In this document: positions 40,143 to 51,499 of the stretch, piece by piece
Numbering within the stretch: position 1 is the stretch's first letter
Layout: each line of letters opens with the position of its first letter
Source: Eledone cirrhosa
Taxonomy: Eukaryota
Assembly (NCBI GenBank): GCA_964016885.1
Contig: OZ024742.1
Location: 105,400,001-105,464,000 of the forward strand
Direction of reading: 5' to 3'
DNA length: 64,000 nucleotides
Notes under the pieces: generated by a model
Seen by the model: the letters and a program-made list of their open reading frames with translations, nothing else
The model's database searches: none
What the model was told of the DNA's origin: nothing
Program-made: the position numbers and the translations under genes

Positions 40143-40186
40143 ACCGTCCTGAAGAAGGCTAGTAAAGCCTGAAATGCATAGACGGT
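40143..40186 (+). ncRNA. Minimal type I hammerhead ribozyme (Penelope-type, palindromic TGCA in place of helix III)
   Basis: accgtc-CTGAAGA-aggct(agtaa)agcct-GAAA-tgca-TA-gacggt, with perfect helices I and II. Helix I extends into the flanks. Confidence 0.85.
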
Positions 40187-40421
40187 TGTCCCCCTTGCTT
40201 CTGCTGGACACCACCAGAGGGCGTTAGTCCCGGTGTTTGCATAGCTATGGTTTCCTAAAACCGTGTTTCTTTAGAAATACAAAATTTCTATACATATTTG
40301 TATAAAGCTATGCTTGAAGCGAAATCCTATTCTTTTATATATATATATGTCTAACCCATGCTAGCATTGGAGATAGACGTTAAACTATGATGATGATGAT
40401 ATATATATATATATGTGTGTA

Positions 40422-40454
<33 letters not shown>

Positions 40455-41412
40455 GGGATAACAAGTTATCGTTTTAGGTAATCCAGTTAAAGGTTGTGAG
40501 TATTCTATACTATGGATAGTTTTAATGTACAGCGTTGTTTGACTCAACAAGAGGTTTCCATAGTTAGGTAGCGAGTTCGCGAGAATTCTCATGCAGGTTA
40601 TTCTTGGAGTAATAGTAGTGAAAGAGTGAAGAATAACATGGTCGGCTGTACAAAAAGGCTTTTATTTACAGTATTAACAATTGTGTCATTGATCAGGTGA
40701 GTCTAAAGGCCGCTAATCACTCGAAGTTGCGTCACTCGGCCTTAAATACAGTGTGTCTCTGATCAAATCATTCAAATACTGGGGGTTTAATACATGGCAT
40801 TGGTATTTATAGATACATCGGAGAATCAAAACAATAACATCAATAATAAAAGGCAATAATAAAGAAGTTAGAATGAAGATGATAAAGGTGTAAAAAATAA
40901 GTACAGAATACGATTGCTGATAATAGTAGTGGTGGTGGTGGTAGTTGAAGTTACAGTGGTGAGTAAGTGGATGTGTAAAGTAGTGATGATGGTGGAGCAA
41001 TAACATGAAAAGGAACATCAAATACATGTGTAGTGATCAAATCCCAGAGGATTAGAATAAAAAAATTAAGAAATAAAAAATAATAAGAAATAAAAGATAA
41101 AAGATAAAAAATAATGAATAAAAATTAAGTGAGAGGGGAAGGGATAAGAGACAGGAGACAGAGAGTGGGGATGAGAATAGAGGATGAGACATAAGGGGTA
41201 GGGCTAAGGAGGGGAAAGGAGTAGATAGATAGATAGAGATTAAAGGGGCAGTGATAATATACAGGTGGTTAATGTCAGGCAGACTGATTGTTTTATCTTA
41301 ATGGAGGTGATGAGGCTATAGGGAGGGAGTGAAAGAAAGGTTGGGAAATTTATGATGTTGATTTAATGACATATATATATACATATATATGTACAAATAT
41401 ATATATATATGT

Positions 41413-41766
41413 ATCATCATCATCATCATCATCTTTACGGCCACTTTTGGCCGCTTTTCCCTGCTTGCAAGGGTGGGACGGGAACTGATTCTGGCTTGAT
41501 TTCTACAGCTGGATGCCCTTCCTAACACCAACCTCATTTACAGTGTGGGCTGGGTGCTTTTTTGCCGTGGCACCTGCACGACCACTTTGCAGTGGATATG
41601 ATATGAACCCCAGTCCCTATCATCTCATTTCTACAGCTGAGTAAACTGGAGCAATGTGAAATAAAGTGTCTTGCTCAAGGAAACAACACATCACCCGGTC
41701 TGAGAATTGAACTCACAACCTTTCGATTGCAAGGCCAATGCTCTAACCACTAAGCCATGTGCCTCC
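41413..41766 (-). mobile_element. SINE family B, full length (tRNA-like head plus RTE-LINE-derived 3' end and (ATG)n tail)
   Basis: ggaggcacatggcttagtggttagagc...gagttcaattctc head; homologous to 54027-54402; flanked on both sides by (TA)n. Confidence 0.9.
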
Positions 41767-41789
41767 ATATATATATATATATATATATG

Positions 41790-44230
41790 TGAAAGTGTCG
41801 GTTGTAAACACTAAATCCATCCCCCGCGAAGAATGCACCTCCCAACATAGCCTCATAGTTAGTGACCTCATAGTCAGGATGAGACGTACTCGACAACAGA
41901 GGAGGACCACCCTGAGAAGAAGAATATGGAAGTTAAAGGACCCCACAGCCAGTAACAAATTTAAAAGCATACTACTTGATGCTTTTGACAGTAAGGAAAA
42001 GCAATTAGAGGCGTACAGTATAGAGGAACAGTGGGATTCCTGAAAGTTAACCTGCTGAAGGCGACAGATGAAATCTGTGGCTGGACAGACCTATAGGCAG
42101 GAGGAGAGTAACATGGGGGTGGAACAGTAAGGTGGAGGAGTCAATCAAGGCCAAAAAGCAAGCTTGGAAAGTATGGTGGGATGGGGGAAGTAGAGAACAT
42201 TATCAAGTGGCCAGGAGGGAAGCTAGGAGACAAGTGTACCTTGCAAGAAGGGAAGCAGAGGAAAGAAAGTTCAAGCATGTTCTACAATGCGAGGACCAAA
42301 AACGTGAGGTGTTCAGGAGTCAAGAAAAACCGTGATATTGTCGGGGAGAAGTGTGTCCATAATGATGATGGTATACTTGCAATCACTGATACTGATAAGA
42401 AGGTAGCTTGGAAGTGTCACTACGAGAGGCTACTAAATGAGGAGAATAAGTGGAAAAAAGATAGTCTGCCCCAAATCGATCCGATAGAGGGACCAGCAGT
42501 GCAAGTTGAAGGTAGTATAATAAATAAGGCAATCTAAGATATGAAGACAGGCAAAGCAGCTGGGCCTTCGGAGATAGTTGCTGAAATGCTGAAAGCATCT
42601 GGATCGGTGAGACACACTATGGTCTCCCGGTTAGTAAACCAAGTCATACAGAATGGGGTCATACCAAATGACTGGCGTAGCAGCATTATCATTAACTGCT
42701 ACAAGGGTAAAGAGGATGCCCTAGATAGGAGAAACTATAGAGGCATTAAATTAATTGACCAGGTCGTGAAAGTCATAGAAAAAGTTATAGCGCAACTAAT
42801 CAGAGAGCGAATTGATCTAGATGAAATGCTGTTTGGGTTTGTGTCAGGTAAAAGTACCACAGACGCTCTTTTCCTTGTACGACAACTACAGGAGAAGTTC
42901 CTAGCTAAAAGTAAACCCCTATACTTAGCTTTGTTGACTTGGAGAAAGCCTTTCACAGAGTCCCCCGCTATATTATCTGGTGGGCTCTTAGAAAACTAGG
43001 TGTTGAATGGCTTGTGAGAGCTATACAAGCCATGTATAAAGAAACAGTCAGCAAGGTTAGAATTAACAACGAATATAGTAAAGAATTTAGCGTAAAAGTT
43101 GGTGTTCATCAGGGCTCTGTCCTTAGCCCCTCCTATTTATTATTGCCCTTCAGGCTATAACAGAGGAGTTCAAGACCGGTTCCCCATGGGAACTTCTATA
43201 CGCAGATGATCTAACGCTCATAACTGAATCAATGGCTGAACTAGAGAAGAAATTCCAAACTTGGAAGCATGGCCTAGAATCAAAAAGCCTTAAAATTAAC
43301 TTTAGTCTAAGACTAAGGTTCTAGTATGTAGAAAGGAAAATAGGGCACTGGTCCCCTCTGGGAAATGGCCATGCTCAGTGTGTAGGAAAGGAGTAGGCAG
43401 AAACTCCATTTTATATCCCAAATGCAAAGTATGGGTGCATAAAAGATGTAGTGGGATCACAGGTAAACTAACTAAGAACATAGATTTTACATGTGGCCGG
43501 TGCTCAGGTGCAATAAGTAGTAGCAAGTGCCCACAGGATACTAGTTCCTTCCATTGCCCAGATGGTTCTATAGAAATAGTGGACACCTTCCGTTACCTGG
43601 GTGACAAAATCAGCAGTGGTGGAGGGTGCTCCGAAAGTACTCTAGCTAGAGTCAGAACGGGATAGAAAAAGTTCAGAGAGCTTATACCACTATTGGCTGC
43701 TAAAGATTTCTCCCTAAAAATGAAAGGCAGACTGTATGATGCCTGCATATGAACAGCAATGTTACATGGCAGATGCCTGCATATGAACAGCAATGTTACA
43801 TGGCAGTGAGACATGGGCATTGTGAGCAGAGGATCTGCACAGACTGGAGAGGAACGTAGCTAGCATGCTCTGTTGGATGTGTAATAGTAATATACGTGAA
43901 TGGCAAAGCATAAATGAACTAAGTGAGAAATTAGGAATAAGAGGGATCAGATGCTGTTTACTCGAGAGAAGACTACATTTGGATGGTCATGTGATGCGCA
44001 TGAAAGACGACAGCTGTATAAAAAAATGCAGGGCGATCAAAATAGATGGAAGCTACGGAGTAGGCAGATCCAGAAAAACCTGGGACGATTTGATAAATTC
44101 CGACCTTACACACTTACACCTTTCTAAGACAATGTCACTGGACCTAGTTCTTTGGCACTACACAGTAATACAGAAGACCCACCTTGCCTAAGTACAAAAC
44201 GAAACCTACAGTCAGTAGGCACCTCCTAAC
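41790..44230 (+). mobile_element. RTE-type LINE, 5'-truncated (end of APE, RT, PHD-like finger, C-terminus); frameshifted, 3' UTR missing
   Basis: MKTGKAAGPSEI, NYRGIKL, FGF..GKSTTDA, GVHQGSVLSP, LLYADDL, KWPCSVCRKGVG..C.VWVHKRCSG..CGRC, FRYLGD, GHVMRM. Confidence 0.95.
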
Positions 44231-44231
44231 C

Positions 44232-46809
44232 AAAAGCTAAGTAGAGGGGTTTACTTTTAGCTAGGTACTTCTCTTGTAGTTGTCGTACAAGGAAAAGAGC
44301 GTCTGTGGTACTTTTACCTGACACAAACCTAAACTACATTTCATCTAGATCAATTCGCTCTCTGATTAGTTGCGCTATAACTCTTTCTGTGACCTTCATG
44401 ACCTGGTCAACTAACTTAATGCCTCTATAGTTTCCTCTATCTAGAGCATCTCCTTTACCCTTGTAGCAGTTAATGATGATGCTGCTACGCCAGTCTTTTG
44501 GTATGACCCCATTCTGTATTACTTGGTTAACTATACGGGTGACCATAGTATGTCCCACCATTCCAGATGCCTTCAACATCTCAGCAACTATCTCCGAAGG
44601 CCCAGCTGCTTTCCCTGTCTTCATATCTTAGATTGCCTTACTTATTATACTACCTTTAACTTGCACCGCTGGTCCTTCTATTGGATCGATTTGGGGCAGA
44701 CTATCTTTTTCCCATTTATTCTCCTCATTTAGTAGTCTCTCATAGTGACACTTCCAAGCTACCTTCTTATCAGTATCAGTGAGGGCAAGTACACAGTTAT
44801 CATTACGGACACACTTCTCCCCGACAATATCACGGTTTTCCTTGAGACATTGTCTAGCAATCCTGAACACCTCACGTTTTTGGTCCTCACGTTGTAGAAC
44901 ATGCTTGAACTTTCTTTCCTCTGCTTTCCTTTTTGCAAGGTACACTTGTCTCCTAGCTTTTCTCCTGGCCACTTGATAGTGCTCTCTACTTCCCCCATCT
45001 TGCCATACTTTCCAAGCCTGCTTTTTGGCCTTGATTGTCTCTTCTACCTTACTGTTCCACCACCATGTTACTCTCCTCCTGCCAATAGGTCTGCTCCAGC
45101 CACAGATTTCATCCGTTGCTTCCAGCAGGTTCACTTTCAAGAATTGCCACTGTTCCTCTATATCGCATGTCTCTAATTGCTCTTCCTTATTGTCAAAGGC
45201 ATCAAGTAATAAGCTTTTAAATTTGTCACTGGCTATGGGGTCCTTCAACTTCCATATTCTTCTCCTCAAGATAGGCCTCCTCTGTCATTGAGTACGTCTA
45301 TTTCTGACTGTGAGGTCACTAACTACTAGGCTATGTTGGGAGGTACATTCTTCACGGGGGAGGGATTTAGTGTTTACAACAGACACTTTGTCCCGTCTTC
45401 TAGTAAGGATATAATCTATCTGGCTGGCGTGTTCCCCTGATCTATAGGTGATCAAGTGGTTTTCATGTTTTTTGAAGTTTGTGTTACAGATAGTTAGGTT
45501 ATTGGCATCACAGAATTCCAGGATTCTGAAGCCTTCCTCATTTCTATTTCCAACCCCATAGCCTCCATGGATTCCATCATAGCCATCACTATGGCCGTTT
45601 AGATCGCCAGTAATAATTAGGTAGTCGCTGTCGGTTATTTGGGAGGTAGTGTGCATTAGCGTCTCATAGAACCTGTCCTTTATAACGTCAAGTAGACCAG
45701 ATTGGGGTGCATAAGCGCATATTATTGTCACAGTAGTTTTATTTAGAACTAGCCTTATTTTAATTATTCTGTCATTTACTCTATTTACGTCGATTAACTT
45801 ATCTACCCATTTTTCAGCTAACATAATTCTTACTCCACCCAGTCCGTTGTCATTTCCCACTTAGAAAAGTTTATAGCATTTTTTACCCACGATGAATCTG
45901 GCAGACCCCCCTCTCCACCTAGTCTCTTGAATACAACAAACATCAACTTCTTTATGTTCAAGCATCTCTACAACCTCATTTGAGCGACCTTTTAATGTGT
46001 CTACGTTCATCGTACCAACTCTGAAGTTGGGAGGGTGGGATGGATGGGTTAGAGGGGCAGGGAGGGGTGTGGGAGACGGAATTATGTTGGTCATTCGTGT
46101 CTGAAATAGAAAGAGGTCTTTGTATTCTCATCCTGCAGCAGGAGGTGAATTTATCTTTATCTGTGACATTGTCATTGAATGCTTAGAGTTTCCAAAACTC
46201 CGCAGTCAACCCATCAAACAGGTCTAAACTTAAGGAGTAGTAACTGGGGCAGTAGCTTTGCTATACTGATTTATTAGGGAACTTACTAAAGCTGCTGAGT
46301 TATGATTGGACCATTAGCAATGGTGGTGTGTGGGGGTGGGAGGGCGGAAAATGGGTAACTTTAGGAGAAGGATTTGATTTAGGAAGGGTCCAACAGAATG
46401 AGACAAATCATTTAAAAACATGTAAATATTAATTGAAAATCCGAGAGAAACAAGCGGGGAATTTGAATTGTAGACTAGCATATCTCAGAGTTTAAAAATA
46501 TTGCTCATTGGGAAGACTACGGAATATGGAAGACAATGCTTACATTCTCAAATCAACAAGTCGTCCGTAAGATAATTTAGATAGATAAATTCTGTCCTTG
46601 GAAACCAGCAAAATGTATTTTATACCTGCGATGAGGCGCGGGGGGAGGGGGGTATGAGAGAAAGAGCAAAGTGATTACAAAGTTAGGGAGCGAGATGCAG
46701 GAAGGTTCTAGGATAATTAATTACTAATAATACTAGAAGGATTAGATTTAGGAGAAGGATTTGATTTAGGAAGGGTCCAACAGAATGAGACAAATCATTT
46801 AAAAACATG

Positions 46810-46816
<7 letters not shown>
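44232..46816 (-). mobile_element. RTE-type LINE, 5' half (putative 5' UTR, APE endonuclease, start of RT), 3'-truncated
   Basis: RVGTMNV, CIQETRW, AYAPQ, GDLNGH, NTNFKK, IDYIL, SQH, ending at LQEKYLAKSKPLYLA. Upstream boundary uncertain. Confidence 0.92.
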
Positions 46817-46849
<33 letters not shown>

Positions 46850-46909
46850 CACACACAATACGTATACACTGCACTTGTCAACATTGTATAAGGGAAGAAA
46901 TTTTCTTAC

Positions 46910-47213
46910 CATCAGTTGGAATTCTTCTTCTTTTAATTTATCAGCTTTACGTTTGTTCTCCTCCAGGAGAGCCATTTGGCTTCGAAGTATATTTGCTACT
47001 TCTTGGTTCTTGCTCTTCCTCTCCTCATTTTCTTTCTCTTCTTTATCAGTCAGTCTCTGATATTCCTTTAGTCTAATTTCTTCGAAAAAATCATCAATCA
47101 TTTTCTTTTCCTTAGAAACTATTTCTGGATTTCCAAGATTTTGTTGCTGTACGTATGCAGCCTCCTTTATTATTCGCTTCGAAATGGCAGCTCGTAATGG
47201 GTCACATTGCAAA
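46910..47213 (-). CDS. CFAP53: CFAP53 exon 4 (LQCDPLRAAISK...LKEEEFQLM)
   Basis: TAG/GTAAG, 304 nt. C-D/E-x-L-R after FR and LKEEE motif. Confidence 0.92.
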
Positions 47214-47323
47214 CTAGACGGCAAGAGATAAATAAAAATTAAAATAATGATTTCTAATTTAAGCATAAGGTCAGCAATTTGTGAGGGGAGGAAGTTGATT
47301 ATATCAGCCCAGTTTTTTACTGA

Positions 47324-47524
47324 TATGAGGGTTGGCTGAAAAGTTCAGAAGCTGACCAAGATACTCTCATGAATGACCAAATGAGGTTTATTTTTCAACA
47401 TAGCCCATGGAAAGAAATAATGCAGTTATCAATAAGAAGAGTTGAAATTAATACACCCAAGATTTTACAGCTCTAGCACCACTCCTTCATAGTCAGCCTA
47501 TGAAGTTTTCAGCCGACCCTTGTA
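47324..47524. mobile_element. Mariner-type MITE with TA TSD, nested in a family A SINE (related fragment near 15300-15500)
   Basis: TA|tgagggttggctgaaaagttca ... tgaagttttcagccgacccttg|TA. Confidence 0.8.
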
Positions 47525-49345
47525 CAGGCAAAGTTGACCTTAGTAACAGAAAATAATAAAAGACAAAAAATGAAACATATTTTGAAAAATTTCATTAGAA
47601 TTGCAGAATGTTTTCTAAAAGCAGATGTCAGTAATTGAAAATGTTGTGTGTACAGTATAGACACAATGTAAGTAAGGCTGCCAGATCAATTTCATAAAAG
47701 GCAGAACAGAACTTTTAAAAACACTTAGCTGAACTTGGTGTGGTTTGAACTCAGAACATAAAGGGCCATAACTAAATATCGCAAAGCAATTTGTCCAATG
47801 CTCTAACTATTCTGCCAATCAACCACCCTATACATGTTTAACAATAATAAAAACTGCCTATATGTCTTAATCAATAATTTTAGTAGGTTTAGTATAATCA
47901 ACCTAACTTTTAACTAGTTAAAGTTTAGCAGAGAAAATGGATATTAAATTTTGTTGTTGATGATGATGATGATTAAACAGATGAGAAAAAAATTAGTGTT
48001 TAAAGAAATTAGTTATGGTTTAGTGTTTCTAAGAAATTCCCTGCATAAAATATCAGAACTAACTTCTACTCATGGCAGCCACATGAACTTATCTTATTTT
48101 ACAGATCAGCTGGTACTTGGGACATCACATAGACGTTTTTACATAGGACTATGATGGAACTTTTAACAACTTAAATCTCTTACTAACAAAGGAACCTCTA
48201 GACATAGCAGCCAAATTTCAAATAAATTACACCTTATCTTAACTAATGTAGTCCTACACACTCTTAACATGATGGGATGGCCAAGGCTGGAATGTCTTTT
48301 ATCTGCTTGATCTTAGTTAAACTGTGACTAAACAACAACAATATCAATGGAATTTGTGGGTCCCAATGCAAATGACCATAATAGTTCACCACTATAAAAT
48401 AATAATTTAGAAAATTGGGTATAAAGTACTCCTGGAGATGGATGAAGTGCCTTGTAGGCTCTTTCTCAACAAATGTTTATAGTGAGCAATTATTATTGTC
48501 ATTTGTGTTGGGATGCACACATTTCAAATTTTCCCAATGCTTCTTAAGTCAACCATTTTGCTTACAACAATATCAATATTTCAATTCATATAAGCACATA
48601 TAGGTTTTGGTGGATTGACAATATAAAACTGGAGGCAGAGGTATTCTGAAAGAATTTCTATTAATATATGAAGTTTCTATGCAACTGCTACCAATATTAT
48701 GCTCTTTCCAGGCCTCCATAATGCTTGATGGCATAGCTTTACCATGAGATAAATTTATGAAGTTTCTATGCAACAGTTATTAAGCTCTTTCTAGTCTTCC
48801 AAACATAAATGCTAACAACAATAGGGTTTCAGCCTTCATTAATACTATGTTTTCAACTGAACAAAGAAAACTTTAGTAATGTGAGTATATGTATTGTAAA
48901 TACACAGACCATCACCATTGATATATGTCTGGACAAAGTGGGAGAACAGAGACAAATAGAGAAAGCATTATCCTGGAGAATAGAAAGAGAGATATGTAAA
49001 AAAAAGCCATTTTAGCTCATAGTTGTCACTTCTGTGGGTAGCCAGCTCCATGCCAATTGCAATAAGTAAGGAGGTTGATCAGGGACCAAAAATGGCTGAT
49101 ATTTCAACAGCTTGTGGTCTTCAGCTTGTCAGGAAACAAAACCTGGGTCTGTTGCCAAATGCAGGTTGCTGCAGTTGTGAAAATTTACCATGGAATAAAT
49201 CTATGAAATTTCTTTGCAACAGCTCCATAGCTCTTTCCAGTCCTCTTCTAACACCAATGTTTGGTGGAACAAACTTACCAAGCTTAAGATCTCTAAATTT
49301 ACAAACTATGAGACATGAAAATCTAACCAGACAAAAGAATCTTAC

Positions 49346-49519
49346 CGAAACTGTTGATCCAATTTTTCTAGAACTAATTTTTTTCTTTCTTCTTCTCTCT
49401 TTTCCCTCAGGTAATTTGCTCTTTTGTGCATTAATTCCTTTCGTTCTTTAATAGTTACAGGAGTTGAAGCAATCTGAGACATCATATAATTTTCTTCATC
49501 ATATAATAGCTTCCGCAAT
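49346..49519 (-). CDS. CFAP53: CFAP53 exon 3 (LRKLLYDEENYMM...LREKREEERKKLVLEKLDQQFR)
   Basis: Not in the ORF track; read manually. LR.LL..EE and EKLDQQFR motifs recalled from CFAP53. CAG/GTAAG, 174 nt. Confidence 0.93.
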
Positions 49520-49599
49520 CTGTGATAGAGAATGTAAAAAATAGCTATAAGGAGTTACTGAGCGAATTAATAAATGATGTGAATGGATAACAGCATGAA

Positions 49600-49755
49600 A
49601 GAATGGTTTAATGACTGAATGAAGGTTTTAATGACTGAATGGAAAGTTTAATGAGTAAATGGAGGTTTTAATGTAGGGTTTAATGGCTAAATAGAGGGTT
49701 TACTGACTAAATTTAGGGTTTAATGACTAAATGGAGGATTCAATGATTGAATGAA
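49600..49755. repeat. ~20-bp degenerate minisatellite just upstream of CFAP53 exon 3
   Basis: ggttttaatgactgaatgga-like unit, roughly 7 copies. Confidence 0.7.
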
Positions 49756-50346
49756 TGGCGTACTGTGGCACCATGAATAAGTATCATCTATCATAGTCTC
49801 AGCTTGACCAATGCCTTTTGAGTGAAATTTGATAGATGTAAACTGTGTGGAAGCCCATCAGAGGGACTTCCTTATCTTAGGGGTAGACTTAATCTGTCAC
49901 TCTGTTTAACATACCCACCTGGCCATCCTTGGTCACATTTAGCAGAGAACACTCTGTTGCGAGCATTTGGTCCAGCTCTTCTGTCTGAGGATAACTTTCC
50001 CCTTCCTCCCAATAGTTTCAGAGGCCTGTAAAATGACAATGGGTGGAGGCTTTCCTCTTATGATTAAGCAATAGAGAAAAATTGCTTGATGATGATCATT
50101 GAGTGGAGAAGTGTCCAAAATTCCCAGTGGAAGGAAGCTGTAGTAGATGGAGACTCAAGAAGAATGGGCAGAGGTTGTGAGAGTTGATGCCAGTTTGCTG
50201 AAACTAACAGAGGAGGTGAAGGAGAGATACTGTGCTGGAAAAGACCTGTCTAACTCAAGCAAGCATGAAAAAGCAGACATAAAACCACAATGATGATGAT
50301 GAAGATGAATAAAATTAAGAAAACAAAAACATTAACATGCCCATAC

Positions 50347-50579
50347 CTGAATTGTCTTTGTTCTAGATTTTTCTCTTCTTTTTCAAATTTGCATTGCATT
50401 TCCCTTTTTACAGCAGTAGCTACCATTTTCTTGTTTATTTGTTCTTCCCATCGAATGTGGTTGTCAACTCCTGTCATCCTATTTGCACCTTGATCTTTGG
50501 CTTCGCTATATTGTCGGTACCTAATGTTACTATCCTGAAGCAGTTGGTAGCCTGTTTTTATACCTGGTTTTCTCACTAT
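50347..50579 (-). CDS. CFAP53: CFAP53 exon 2 (IVRKPGIKTGYQLLQ...EEKNLEQRQFR)
   Basis: cacag acceptor and GTATGG donor, coiled-coil, 233 nt, phase 2. Confidence 0.9.
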
Positions 50580-50979
50580 CTGTGTGGAACAAACATTATA
50601 ATCGAGTTGCTCAGAAGTTAATACAGGTTTTTAAGCATTAACTTTAAAACAACATATCTGAATCCAGAATAAACTCTATTGATAGAAATAAAAACCATTA
50701 AATCTACACATTTTTGCTAACAGGATACAAGTTTTGTATTCTAGTAGCATAGAATTCTGAAGTTCTGGAGGCAATAAATTCTTCAAAGGCATTTTTTGCA
50801 GTTGTTTGGTAATGACTGACATTATGTTCTATTTACAGTTATTTAAACTGAAGTGTATGTGAAGTATTTGTGTGGTGTGGTAAAATAAATATATAGATAT
50901 ACACCGGTCCAAACAAAATTGAACCAATCTCTCACTTCGTCTTTCCCAGTCTCCCCATCTTTCACTATTATGAGCAAAT

Positions 50980-51180
50980 GGAGGCCCATGTGCTGGCCAC
51001 CTTGCAGCCCTGGTGGACAGAATAGAGAAGGTGTTTCCCCGGAGGATGGTGACAGAGATGTGCTGGAAGATCCATTCCAGTTCGCGGGGCTCACACCTGC
51101 GTGTAGCCAACTCTATGCCAATGGTGGTAGGTAGGGAGGTGGTCCTGGGGCCAAGGACATCAAAAGTCTCCTCTGTTGTT
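50980..51180 (-). mobile_element. C-terminal fragment of a CRE-like retrotransposon
   Basis: ETFDVLGP...EPRELEWIFQHISVTILRGN, homologous to the end of the + element near 53690-53815. Confidence 0.72.
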
Positions 51181-51499
51181 GAAGACATTTCCTTGCACGT
51201 TGTTGAAATGTATGAATGAACTTCTTTTATTCTCTTTACATAAATGAAGTTGTTGCTGTTGTACTTTAGTTTTCTCTGTAAACCTACAATGGGTCAAATC
51301 TATCGAACCAGTTTCAATTCTTATATCATAATTGACTTTAGTAATACAAGGATGAATCTTACTCCTTCCCCAAAAGCCCTTCTTCCCCCACCCCCAAAAA
51401 TTAATAAACAAGGTCTGTACTGTATTTAAGCATTAACGCTTTAGTGAACTGAATCAATCAAACACACAGTTTCAGTTCCAAACTGGAACAATTTCATTT

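Noticed and set aside
46029-46073. G-quadruplex-like G-run cluster
   Set aside because: It is the complement of the Pro-rich codons at the LINE ORF start; no independent evidence of function.
41790-46816. Single LINE insertion with twin-priming inversion
   Set aside because: The arms overlap by ~1.15 kb and are clearly diverged, so they come from two copies.
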